IMG/VR virus record: IMGVR_UViG_3300033146_003879
Location: 118,990-182,989 of that record
Direction: 5' to 3' (one strand)
Source of the DNA: a virus
Lineage: Duplodnaviria; Heunggongvirae; Uroviricota; Caudoviricetes
DNA: 64,000 nucleotides
Numbering within the stretch: position 1 is the stretch's first letter; every line of letters begins with the position of its first letter. The position numbers and the translations under genes are program-made. The notes below the pieces were generated by a model that saw nothing but the letters and a program-made list of their open reading frames with translations, was not told the origin of the DNA and ran no database searches. Positions 49,233 to 58,224 of the stretch are shown here, piece after piece.

Positions 49233-49248
49233 ATTCTTATACCACAGA
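49233..49248 (-). promoter_or_regulatory. recurrent promoter-like motif, copy 9
   Basis: catattcttataccacagaaaac. Confidence 0.45.
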
Positions 49249-49518
49249 AAACAAGTTCTTACGAAAAAAGAGAAGGGCACATATTATAAACACATGCCCT
49301 TTGTCGACCTACCAGATCTTCCCGGTATTTCTATCCCGCCCCGGTCGGCGGTAAGCAGTGTGTGACCCCCGAAGGGGTCTCTTACTCTTCTTTGTCGCGG
49401 CTTGCCTTGCGGGCGAATTTCTTCGCTCCGCGTACAATCCAATAGCCCGCCACGTAGGCTATTGCAAGGTCTACTGCGACCACAGCCGCTTTTACAACAC
49501 TTCCCATAAAATTCTCCC

Positions 49519-50367
49519 CTAGGTTTGTGGCAACGCTTCCGTCACCAGTTTTTTGTACTCCGATTCATCAGACGGGATGAAGTTCAACAAGAATCCGCCC
49601 TTATGGGCGAACACAAGGTTCTTCGGTCTTGACTTCACAAAGTCGAGACCAGCGTCCTCTCCTTGCCGGGTTCGGAACAGGGTGCGTGTCTTGCCGGCGA
49701 GGTCACGAGGATCAAACGAGTATGTTGCAACTGCATCATACTTGTTGATTAACTCCCCTTGGGCCGCGTTCACGACTGCTGTCTCAAGCCCTGCGGCTCT
49801 CGGGTTAGACAACAATTCAATGACCGCATGCCCACCGACGGTAACAACAGCGTGGTTCTCCTCCAACCACGCCCCTGCCTCCTTTACGGAGCGCATGAAC
49901 TCGAGGCGATCTTTCACGATCTCCCCTACAAGCCCTGCGACATCCGTCGGCGCATGCTCGAAGAGTCGGATAAGCCCGAACTCGAGCGTGAGCAGCGGAG
50001 CCACTCTGTTCCCGCCAAACTCCGCGTCCAACGAACGGAGGCCGCCGTTATCTTGAATCTCGACTAGCTTCAAGAACGGACCCCATACGGAGTCCTTGAG
50101 AAGATCTGGAGCAAACGCCTGGGAGATCAGAGTCGCCGCGCATTCGCCTGCAACAGCAGCCTCCTTTTGATGATGATCAAACAGACGGACTCCGTCATAC
50201 TGACCACCTACGTCGAGGATATAATCCTCGTCGCCGGTGGGGTTATTCGTACGAATTACTTCATACGAACCTTGGTACCACCCTTTTGCCGCGATGAGTA
50301 TGCCTGCGGCAAGCAGGTCATCCTTGTGTGCGGCCCCGGCATGGACCGCAATAATTATTTTCTTCAT
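49519..50367 (-). CDS. putative metal-dependent hydrolase (H-x-G-x-x-H-x-DD N-terminal motif plus DHHQ); family assignment tentative (MYG1/UPF0160-like?)
   Basis: IIAVHAGAAHKDDLLAAGIL ... LFDHHQ. GGAGG RBS. Confidence 0.3.
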   Translation of the reverse strand: MKKIIIAVHAGAAHKDDLLAAGILIAAKGWYQGSYEVIRTNNPTGDEDYILDVGGQYDGVRLFDHHQKEAAVAGECAATLISQAFAPDLLKDSVWGPFLKLVEIQDNGGLRSLDAEFGGNRVAPLLTLEFGLIRLFEHAPTDVAGLVGEIVKDRLEFMRSVKEAGAWLEENHAVVTVGGHAVIELLSNPRAAGLETAVVNAAQGELINKYDAVATYSFDPRDLAGKTRTLFRTRQGEDAGLDFVKSRPKNLVFAHKGGFLLNFIPSDESEYKKLVTEALPQT

Positions 50368-50460
50368 AATAGTACCTCCTAAGTACTTTCCCGGAGACTA
50401 ATCCGGATTAAGTCTTATCAGCACGCAGACTACTGCGCGTACCGAAACATATACATTCAC

Positions 50461-50476
50461 ATTCTTATACCACAGA
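50461..50476 (-). promoter_or_regulatory. recurrent promoter-like motif, copy 10
   Basis: cacattcttataccacagaatgtgagttcttgcat. Confidence 0.45.
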
Positions 50477-50548
50477 ATGTGAGTTCTTGCATAAAAAATA
50501 AACGCACAAAGAGCAGCCACCAACCCCGAAGGGTTGGCAGCGGAGATA

Positions 50549-51463
50549 TCACATGCATCCTGAGTTGTAAATAAACTCATTGAATGCAAGGCTGTCTAAC
50601 TCATCAGAAAGGGCTTGCACAGAAATGGCTACTTGTACTTGCGCCTTATTCATGTTTGCAATGTTTCCTCGGACGAACGCTGCGAGAATACCACGCAGGC
50701 TGTGTCCCCTACTTCTTATTGAGGACGCATACTTACGTACAGCTTTTATGCGCTTCATCTGACGTTGCTGTACGATTCCCGTTTTCATACCCTTGCCATT
50801 TTTGTCATAGGCAAGAACTTCTTCTCGACCGGTATATGACTTCGCAAGGGTCGGTAATACTTCTTCGACCTGCTCGACAGAGACATGGATAGGAGCCCAC
50901 ATGTGAGCCAACCACGTCAGTGAACCATCAGGCATAGTTACAATAATATCATGCACTGGATCAGCGTGCATCTGCGGGGTGTCTGTTAGAATGACAATAG
51001 TGTACACCCCCTCCTCCTCAACTTCGTGATTCTTCAGCACGATGCCGAGCTCCGCATCCGTACCAACCTCATTGAGGTTGACTCGTATAATGTCTCCTAC
51101 TTCACAGTAGGGATTTCCTGCAGTAAACCCAGCAATGGAGTAAGTAAGGTCTGATAGTTTAACCCACTCCTTACCGAGTTGCTCCAGCATGTCATCAGTA
51201 CCGCCCGCGAGCGATATCTCCTCCGAAATGGCGCGCACGTCCTTCATCATAGTACGTGCTTGCTCTCGCATATCTCTCTTCTCCGCATCAGAGCTTCCGA
51301 GAGCGTTATCGAGGTCGCTCCTGAACTCATGCACTGCGTGGGACAACCCACCAATTATCTCAGAGAGACTATCTACGTCTCCTGAAGATGCGGTTACCTT
51401 CTCTTTGTACTCTTTTATCACCACTCTCTCCCGTGTAGTTGCTACCGAGCACATGAAGCTCAA
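50549..51463 (-). CDS. hypothetical protein (304 aa)
   Basis: ORF. Confidence 0.45.
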   Translation of the reverse strand: MSFMCSVATTRERVVIKEYKEKVTASSGDVDSLSEIIGGLSHAVHEFRSDLDNALGSSDAEKRDMREQARTMMKDVRAISEEISLAGGTDDMLEQLGKEWVKLSDLTYSIAGFTAGNPYCEVGDIIRVNLNEVGTDAELGIVLKNHEVEEEGVYTIVILTDTPQMHADPVHDIIVTMPDGSLTWLAHMWAPIHVSVEQVEEVLPTLAKSYTGREEVLAYDKNGKGMKTGIVQQRQMKRIKAVRKYASSIRSRGHSLRGILAAFVRGNIANMNKAQVQVAISVQALSDELDSLAFNEFIYNSGCM

Positions 51464-51695
51464 TAATTACAAATAATACCGTAGGTGTCATGAACGCCAC
51501 CATAACCCAGAACGTACCTCCCGTTCCGAGCGCACTCGCCTGCCACGCATACGACGTGATAAGAGCCCCTGCCATAATACCAGACAGGGAATCAACTACT
51601 CCAGGCCTGATGAATAGATAGTTCTTAATAGTACGAAACAGTGTGTACTGTGCAGCAAATACTAATGCTACGGACACCCATACACAACTAGACAT
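51369..51695 (-). CDS. small polytopic membrane protein
   Basis: About 3 hydrophobic helices (VWVSVALVFAAQYTLF, GIMAGALITSYAW, FWVMVAFMTPTVLFVIIEL). Confidence 0.35.
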   Translation of the reverse strand: MSSCVWVSVALVFAAQYTLFRTIKNYLFIRPGVVDSLSGIMAGALITSYAWQASALGTGGTFWVMVAFMTPTVLFVIIELHVLGSNYTGESGDKRVQREGNRIFRRRR

Positions 51696-52311
51696 TTTGC
51701 ACCCCCTTAATTTCAGGATATGTTTCTTCAATCGCCTCTTCGTAATATCGCTCTACAGCCATCACAACACGCTCACCTCGGTTAAGCAATCGGCTTACGT
51801 CAAGTACGCGTTTAGCAATATCGTCAGCAGCTTCCCTCGCCTTTGCTGAGTACCTATCTCCGTGTACTCCTGCATAGGCTAGAGAATACAGCCTATGCGT
51901 TAAGACTAACGCCTGGGCAGCACCTACTAGATCCATGTCGAAGTCTTCTGCTCGTCTTGCCAGACCAACAACGGAATTCAACATATCACCCGGTCTCCCG
52001 GTCCGCAGTTCATCCCACACTGCCGCATACTTATTATTACGCATACCGCCTCGAGTAACTTCCCCACGCAAGGCTGTATCCCGATACAAAAGAACGTATG
52101 CATGGAGTAACGTATACTCTCGCAGCTGCCTGGTATTTATGAATATACCAAACATAGTGTCCGAAACACTACGCGCTTTTATGGCTGCGTCCATGTTGTT
52201 GTGTGATATGTACCACTGCCATTTGTGCAGTAGCACGAGGTCATAAGCCACAAGGATAGCGGCAGTTAGTATCTGCAGCGCTATCATTATGAAGATAGTT
52301 TTGACGTCCAT
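51688..52311 (-). CDS. hypothetical membrane-anchored protein (207 aa)
   Basis: N-terminal helix IFIMIALQILTAAILVAY. AAGGAGGG RBS. Confidence 0.45.
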   Translation of the reverse strand: MDVKTIFIMIALQILTAAILVAYDLVLLHKWQWYISHNNMDAAIKARSVSDTMFGIFINTRQLREYTLLHAYVLLYRDTALRGEVTRGGMRNNKYAAVWDELRTGRPGDMLNSVVGLARRAEDFDMDLVGAAQALVLTHRLYSLAYAGVHGDRYSAKAREAADDIAKRVLDVSRLLNRGERVVMAVERYYEEAIEETYPEIKGVQNV

Positions 52312-52505
52312 TACGCCGCCCTCCTTTATAAAAATTAAAGTACCTCATGCAGGTTGACCCTCTCCTGGTTGGGAGGGGTCGGTGTCCTGCACTAACCGTA
52401 TTAACTGACGGCTAACAGCGCGATAGATTAACTGCTATCACTGGTGATGCTTTCGCTGACGGAGTCACTTACCCGGGCCCTTTACGTCTAGCCGTAGACG
52501 GGTTA

Positions 52506-52676
52506 TTATTTTACATCCAGTATGCTCTGGAGTGTTGGGCGAACGCCCCGGGCATGCTGAGCAGCATGGTAGATCCCACGACCTTTAGGAAGGCCGTACC
52601 TATTACGTACAACAGGTAAGCTGTTAGAAGTGGGGCTTGCACGCGGGGTTTCCCCCGTCATAAGTTCATAATACAT
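52506..52676 (-). CDS. small ORF (56 aa) with a strong RBS inside a long leader
   Basis: GGAGG + 7 nt + ATG. Leader and start are near-identical over about 50 nt to those of gene 49519..50367. Falls below the 60-aa ORF-track cutoff. Confidence 0.3.
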   Translation of the reverse strand: MYYELMTGETPRASPTSNSLPVVRNRYGLPKGRGIYHAAQHARGVRPTLQSILDVK

Positions 52677-52790
52677 AATAGTACCTCCTAAGTACCTTCC
52701 CGGCGACCAACCCGGATAATAGTCATCGCACCAACCACACGGTCAATACTTATAGGAGGTATGCTATTACATGCGCAAATCTCCTATCAT

Positions 52791-52806
52791 ATTCTTATAC
52801 CACAGA
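52791..52806 (-). promoter_or_regulatory. recurrent promoter-like motif, copy 11
   Basis: catattcttataccacagaatctgaatttttacact. Confidence 0.45.
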
Positions 52807-52848
52807 ATCTGAATTTTTACACTGATTCTAGGCACCTATCTGGAAGCC

Positions 52849-52880
52849 GAAAAAAGAAACCCCCAGCGTTTAGCTAGGGG
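52849..52880 (-). terminator. rho-independent terminator after gene 52889..53263
   Basis: Hairpin cccccagc-gttta-gctagggg, followed on minus by UUUCUUUUUUCGG. Confidence 0.5.
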
Positions 52881-52888
52881 TGTGCATG

Positions 52889-53263
52889 TTATTTCTTTGC
52901 GGTGTCAGGCATCAGTCTGAACCTCCGCATGGTGGCTTTTGCTTTCCTGAGCTCTCCACGAACTATGTGCTCGTAGAACCGCAGACGTTTCCAATCTGTC
53001 TTGTTTTCAAACTCTTTTAGTGAGGCACGCAAACCTTCAGCGTCACGTTTTATGTCCGCTATGTACTTTTCCTTGTCCTCCTCAAGTACCGAGACATGCG
53101 TCGCGTCAGCTATGAGCTGTAGAGCAACGGCGTTCAGCCGTCCCGCCTCTTCTATCAGGTCATCCGCCTTCTTCTCGAGCGCTTCATAGTTAACGCCCTC
53201 CCACGCTTGTTTTTCGTTACTACTCATAATCTCCTCCACCTTCATTAATAATATACCTGTCAT
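52889..53263 (-). CDS. hypothetical helical protein (124 aa)
   Basis: ORF. Confidence 0.45.
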   Translation of the reverse strand: MTGILLMKVEEIMSSNEKQAWEGVNYEALEKKADDLIEEAGRLNAVALQLIADATHVSVLEEDKEKYIADIKRDAEGLRASLKEFENKTDWKRLRFYEHIVRGELRKAKATMRRFRLMPDTAKK

Positions 53264-53513
53264 CCAGCCACTGGATTAGCTCCGCATTCTCGTTACACAC
53301 TTCGAGCTCACCTCGGGCAATTGCGAACCCTGCAATCCCATCGGGAGTTATAAGTGTATACCCATTAATGTCGACCTCCCAGTTCTCAGGGTTACTCAAA
53401 GGTCTGTCCGAGATACTGCTGCTTGTTGGTCCAATGTACTCACGGCTGACGTCCTCGATGACTTGTACTCCGGCATCTACAGCACGATCAACGTTAAACA
53501 TAACTACTTTCAT
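53220..53513 (-). CDS. hypothetical protein (alternative longer start at 53630)
   Basis: MKVVMFNVD start is preceded by GGAGG. The ORF track extends the ORF to 53630. Confidence 0.4.
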   Translation of the reverse strand: MKVVMFNVDRAVDAGVQVIEDVSREYIGPTSSSISDRPLSNPENWEVDINGYTLITPDGIAGFAIARGELEVCNENAELIQWLDDRYIINEGGGDYE

Positions 53514-54041
53514 AACTACCTCCTGCGGTATGAAAAATAATATCTTAGTAATGTATTTTGTTAAGAAACATAAGGGGCGCCGCGCAGGTTTCTGTACAGA
53601 TCCGAAAGGATCCATGCTCCACCTGCGCATGATTCAGTTTCCTTCGCCGGAACGCACGTTCCGGTTCAGATACGTACAGCATGTCGGCCGAACCACACCG
53701 TTTGCTGCACGAGAAGTAAGTAGAGGTGCACCCCTAATTACTTCTTTGATTTTTCAGAGCTCGCATTACATTCCTGCTCCCTAGGGTTTACTCCCTGACC
53801 TACCGCCCGATTGTTTTTTATAGCAGTATTCACCGGTAGGTGCCCTCTGCAACCGCACTCCAAGGTACGGAGGTCCTTAATTTATATTGCGGTTCGACCC
53901 TGCCCGCTAACTCTGTTGCCCTCTGAGAGGTGTCGGCTGAGTTTACATGCGCCTTGTGTGTGCTTGGTGGTTAACCTAACGTCTCGCCCAGACGCTACGT
54001 ATCACTACGTAGTAAAGAATCACGTGAAGATACTTTATCTA

Positions 54042-54057
54042 ACTCTTATACCACAAA
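54042..54057 (-). promoter_or_regulatory. recurrent promoter-like motif, copy 12 (a TATAAT for the + gene follows at about 54073)
   Basis: ctaactcttataccacaaacctcagatttttcacactacTATAAT. Confidence 0.4.
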
Positions 54058-54114
54058 CCTCAGATTTTTCACACTACTATAATTACCATGTACCACTCGA
54101 TGGAGGGAGCCGTG

Positions 54115-54594
54115 GATAAGGAAGCAAAGAAGCTAACGACGTACGCTCGTAAACACATAGCAGACAAGAACTTCGCAGGTAAAAAGAAATCATATCCTAT
54201 ACATGATATATCCCATGCAAGATCTGCTCTATCTTACGGATCACGTTTCCTGCCGAAGGATGAGTACAGTAAGCTGCGGACACGCGTTCACAAGAAGTAT
54301 CCAAGTCTCGCTAAAAAGAGTAATCTCACAAGCTACGTTGGGAGCATGTTGAAGGAATCTGCGTATGACCCGCTCCCACAAGAGCTCGGTCACTTCGTGG
54401 GGAGAAAGGCAGCCCGCGATCAAGATGCTCGATACAGTTACGGCGGAGCAGCGACAGCAGCTCTCGGAACAGCTGCTCTTACAAGTCTCTTCGGTGAAAA
54501 CAAGTGGAAGGCACTGCGTAACGGAACGCTCGCTATCTTCCCAGGAATGTTTGCAGGTGAAGCTGCGAAGCATTATGTAAATAACAAAAAATAG
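54115..54594 (+). CDS. hypothetical protein (GTG start after GGAGGG; ORF track extends to 54088)
   Basis: ORF with an RBS. Confidence 0.4.
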   Translation, partial: DKEAKKLTTYARKHIADKNFAGKKKSYPIHDISHARSALSYGSRFLPKDEYSKLRTRVHKKYPSLAKKSNLTSYVGSMLKESAYDPLPQELGHFVGRKAARDQDARYSYGGAATAALGTAALTSLFGENKWKALRNGTLAIFPGMFAGEAAKHYVNNKK

Positions 54595-54787
54595 TACAAA
54601 CAGGCTGCATAATTCCAAAGGGAGACCCCAAGGCCCTCCTTATTTCAAGTTACTTATAATTCATCGAGCTATAACTGCGCGCCCTCTGTCTAGTGCCTTT
54701 GATATCTGGGTCAAAAGGCGCTGCTGCATGTTATCCCACACTATTTAATAAATTACATCTGCGCAGGATGAAGTGAACACAAGAAAA

Positions 54788-54848
54788 AATAAAACAACAA
54801 AACAACAAAACAACAAAGCAATAAAGCAATAAAGCAATAAAACAACAT
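54788..54848. repeat. short tandem repeats (aacaaaac)x3 followed by (caataaag)x3
   Basis: aaaacaacaaaacaacaaaacaacaaagcaataaagcaataaagcaataaaa, in a 1.1-kb non-coding stretch. Confidence 0.8.
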
Positions 54849-55648
54849 CGGCGCAGTCCCCTGAGTGTTCGGGGTACGTAGCGCCATGGTAGCATTTTTA
54901 ACCTTTCGGCCATTACACACACCCACATTTCTGTAGGTAGCCACCAGAAACACAGCAGATAAGTTCTGCCGCAAACTCCTGCGCTGCTCATCATAGGTTT
55001 CCTCTGCTAGCAACCCCTTTGGTAGGGTTCAACGACTCCCGCCGTTTATTGTCCAACATTTTCCGCCTCACAGTTCACCTTGTGGGATTCCTGCGTCATC
55101 ATTTTTCAGATGAATAAGTTTCTTTTCAGAATCAGCGCCTACACCGCTTTTTACCATTTGTTTTCTTGATTAATAGTCAAGTAGTTGATTTCGAGTCGCC
55201 GGTGTAGCCGATAACCTAGATGCCTTTTGAGCACCCGTGCGGTCCTACGCCTCGTTGTTTCAAGTTAGACCGGGTAAGGTCCTGAAACGGGAATCTTTTC
55301 TTGAACCGCGTGATTTCGCACGTGGCCCAAAAGTCCTTACGTAAAGCCCTTGCTCCTCAGCTCGAACAATACACAGTGCAACCCCCTATTGCCTCTCAGC
55401 TCACCTACCATACTACTGATAGGCATTACCACTTCTGCGCCGCCAGTTGGCCTTGCATTCCCGTGATAACGGTAGTTGTACTCCTCTCTACGGTCACGGT
55501 TTAACCCGCGCGCATCCGTGGTTCACTTTCCACTAAATGCCTTTTAGGCTCATCACTGAGCTTACCCTAACGACAAGAAGGCTGCCGTCGCAAAGATATA
55601 CGGTAGATGTTTCTAACTAGGTTAGCATACAAACATATACCTTTGCAA

Positions 55649-55664
55649 CTACTTATACCAGGTT
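55649..55664 (-). promoter_or_regulatory. recurrent promoter-like motif, copy 13 (divergent variant: cttataccaggttttactgtgagttttacact)
   Basis: Oriented towards the 54600-55645 non-coding stretch. Confidence 0.35.
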
Positions 55665-55847
55665 TTACTGTGAGTTTTACACTTATTTCTCAGCTAGTCT
55701 CTGTTTCTGTCTCGAAGTTAGATTTAATACCACTTAGCCATCTATCCCGTGTCTTTGTAGACACCATAAAATCGTGATACCAATCTGCTGCAGTATCGTT
55801 GCCCCACGGCTTCGGTCCCCATGTTCCCATATTAAACCTCCAGCTTA

Positions 55848-56432
55848 CTAATTGTAATTGTACCCAATCCAACGGGCAATAGTGATAAGTGAAGCACGCT
55901 TCACCTTGCCGTGATCATCAACGTAATCCGGCTCTAGCTTAGGAAGCAGCCTTTCAAGGTCTTCTCTATTTCTACTTACGTGCACTGAGTCAACATCCCG
56001 CATAACGTAGCCAAAGTAGTCATCAACTATTGTATAAAATACTTTTGCCGCCGTAAATTTTATATTTGATATTATCCCAGTATGAATGCCAAACTTCAAG
56101 TTACTATGCTCATTCAAGTTATCTGCCATAGGTATGTAATTCACGCTCTCGCCTAGATTCAGGTTGCTTATGAATGTAGGTCTCACCTCATCAGGCGGAC
56201 GCTCGTTAAGTAACTCCATTGAACGCTGGTATAGAGGTCCAAGCATGTACCCGCCCTCGTCAACAAGTGATGCTTGGGGGAGATCTTCGCTGAATAGTAC
56301 TGACGTGATAGGTCCTGTCGCCGCCTTCCCGCTTCCGTTATTCTTTGTGCGAACAATGTCGCCGATAGCAACTTTAGAAGAGAACATCTCTTCGGCAAAC
56401 TTTAAGAGTCTGTTAGTCATCACTTCCCCCAT
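55848..56432 (-). CDS. hypothetical protein, paralogue family C member 1
   Basis: N-terminal TNRLLKFAEEMFSSKVAIGD is shared with the next two ORFs. Confidence 0.45.
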   Translation of the reverse strand: MGEVMTNRLLKFAEEMFSSKVAIGDIVRTKNNGSGKAATGPITSVLFSEDLPQASLVDEGGYMLGPLYQRSMELLNERPPDEVRPTFISNLNLGESVNYIPMADNLNEHSNLKFGIHTGIISNIKFTAAKVFYTIVDDYFGYVMRDVDSVHVSRNREDLERLLPKLEPDYVDDHGKVKRASLITIARWIGYNYN

Positions 56433-56559
56433 ATGCGTTTACTATGTTCCTGTCGGGAACGTCCCTTATCATAAGGCTTGTCTCAGCATCAAGTATATCG
56501 TACAAGATACCTTTGCGTGTGAAGATGACACCCATAACAGTTCCTGCTCGAGGTTCATC

Positions 56560-56886
56560 TTACTTGACATCAGGATCCTTGTACACATCTTCTGGCATAT
56601 ATATAATCGAATCACCTAAATCAACATCACTTTGGTAGATCACGTCGGAATAATCAGGGTGCTCACCATGGTAATCAAATACATGACTTAAGTTATGTTC
56701 GAGATTAGAACCGCTAACCATCTGAGGCATACCATTGTCATTACGATTACCCTCAGTGAATGCTATCCTTGAAACAATACCGTTAATAGAGTCGCTATTA
56801 TTCTCGTTAATTGCTCTAGCACGCTCACCAATCCTTATGTTTGACTTGAATAATGCCTTTCTTGCAAATTTAAGAAGCGTTGCCAC
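56560..56886 (-). CDS. hypothetical protein, paralogue family C member 2
   Basis: MATLLKFARKALFKSNIRIGERARA. Confidence 0.4.
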   Translation of the reverse strand: MATLLKFARKALFKSNIRIGERARAINENNSDSINGIVSRIAFTEGNRNDNGMPQMVSGSNLEHNLSHVFDYHGEHPDYSDVIYQSDVDLGDSIIYMPEDVYKDPDVK

Positions 56887-56892
56887 GACAAC

Positions 56893-57177
56893 CTACCTAT
56901 GAACATACGCAAGTATGTCTACATACACGGACGCGAGTGATTGCATCTGAGAGACAGTCTTCTTTTTAAGCCCACTACCGATATTGCTTTCTTGAATACT
57001 TCGTATGAGTTCTTTTACGTTAATCTTCTTCTTAGCTGCAGATGAGACTGCGTCACCTCCGGCATTTAAGATCTTACTCTTATTCTTGTTGAATAACTCA
57101 GCAAGAGCGCGTTTTGCTGGTCCGATGCTTTTCATCTCAAGTCTAGCATATTTAAGAAGTCTTCCCTCAGTAATCAT
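56893..57177 (-). CDS. hypothetical protein, paralogue family C member 3
   Basis: EGRLLKYARLEMKSIGPAKRA. Confidence 0.4.
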   Translation of the reverse strand: MITEGRLLKYARLEMKSIGPAKRALAELFNKNKSKILNAGGDAVSSAAKKKINVKELIRSIQESNIGSGLKKKTVSQMQSLASVYVDILAYVHR

Positions 57178-57192
57178 TAGCTCCTCCTATCG

Positions 57193-57747
57193 TTACTTAT
57201 TTTTATTGTAGATATCGTAACCAACACCGCCAGCAACCCCTGAGCTAACTAAGCCTGCAAGAGCTTGCTTCCTTGCTTTGGCAACAAGCGCATCCTGATA
57301 GGAAACTTCACGCGCCGCTTTTGCAAGGAAAGGGGAGTGTGCAATGTTTCCGAAGATGAGACTAGGGTTTGGTACCCCTTGTGCGAGACGTAGTTTTGGG
57401 TGTGTCGCAAGCATGTTATACACAGCTTGAGGATTCCCTACTCCGAGGTTACTTAAATAGTTAGGATCAAACTTCGTAGCAAACTCCTTAACGATATCGT
57501 CAGTTACGTTTGCCTGCCCCTCCTTTACCCACTTCCCGAAGTCCAGAGAGGCAAGGGACTTCCACGAATCTACTTTAAGAGGAACGCGGCTGAATATCTT
57601 CTTTTGTTTAGCAAGAGCAGCAGCGTAAGCAGCTATAGCCTCCATACGCTGAGACTCCACAATCCCTTTAACGTTATTCAGATTAGAAACAGCATCACGG
57701 GCAGATGTCCCCAACACGCGGCTTATAAACTTAGTTACTTTACCCAT
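57193..57747 (-). CDS. hypothetical protein (184 aa)
   Basis: ORF. Confidence 0.45.
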   Translation of the reverse strand: MGKVTKFISRVLGTSARDAVSNLNNVKGIVESQRMEAIAAYAAALAKQKKIFSRVPLKVDSWKSLASLDFGKWVKEGQANVTDDIVKEFATKFDPNYLSNLGVGNPQAVYNMLATHPKLRLAQGVPNPSLIFGNIAHSPFLAKAAREVSYQDALVAKARKQALAGLVSSGVAGGVGYDIYNKNK

Positions 57748-57833
57748 TAGCGTTTACCTCGTATATGGGTTACCCTTCCTTCAGCCATGTTCGTCTCCAC
57801 ATAAATCATCAGCTGATATAATTATAGGCTAAC

Positions 57834-58130
57834 TCAAGAAGGATTAGATGCATTACCGACAATAGCGAACAGATCTTTTGCGGCGATGAGCAAGCATGTC
57901 TGACCATCGACGACTACCTCTCTACCACTGTAGCTATTGTACAGCACTATATCATCTTTCTTGATAGGAAGTTCAACATCATCTGCGGCGTCCATAACAA
58001 TACCCTCTGGGATACCAGGCTTGTCATCATCGTCAATTGATACTGGTATGATAATACCACCAGCTGTCTTTCTCTCATCTGCCTCTGGTTTGTCAACACT
58101 TAGCAATACATGTCCGTTCAATGGCTTCAT
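57834..58130 (-). CDS. groES: co-chaperonin GroES (Hsp10) homologue
   Basis: MKPLNGHVLLSVDKPEADERKTAGGIIIP ... KKDDIVLYNSYSGREVVVDGQTCLLIAAKDLFAIV. Compare E. coli GroES KSAGGIVL...VGDIVIF..YG..EV..D..E.L...E.DILAIV. Confidence 0.75.
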   Translation of the reverse strand: MKPLNGHVLLSVDKPEADERKTAGGIIIPVSIDDDDKPGIPEGIVMDAADDVELPIKKDDIVLYNSYSGREVVVDGQTCLLIAAKDLFAIVGNASNPS

Positions 58131-58224
58131 AGCAATCTCCTTATAGTGTTTTATTAAAATAACACAGCCCAAAAAAACTGACGCACGGCATTTAGCTGTG
58201 CGTCATAGGTACTGTTTTACAATT

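Noticed and set aside
55015-55045. tRNA-like T-arm (gggttcaacgactccc) in the 54.6-55.7 kb gap
   Set aside because: Flanking sequence does not form a matching T-stem, acceptor stem or anticodon arm. No tRNA could be assembled by eye anywhere in the window except the tmRNA tRNA-like domain.
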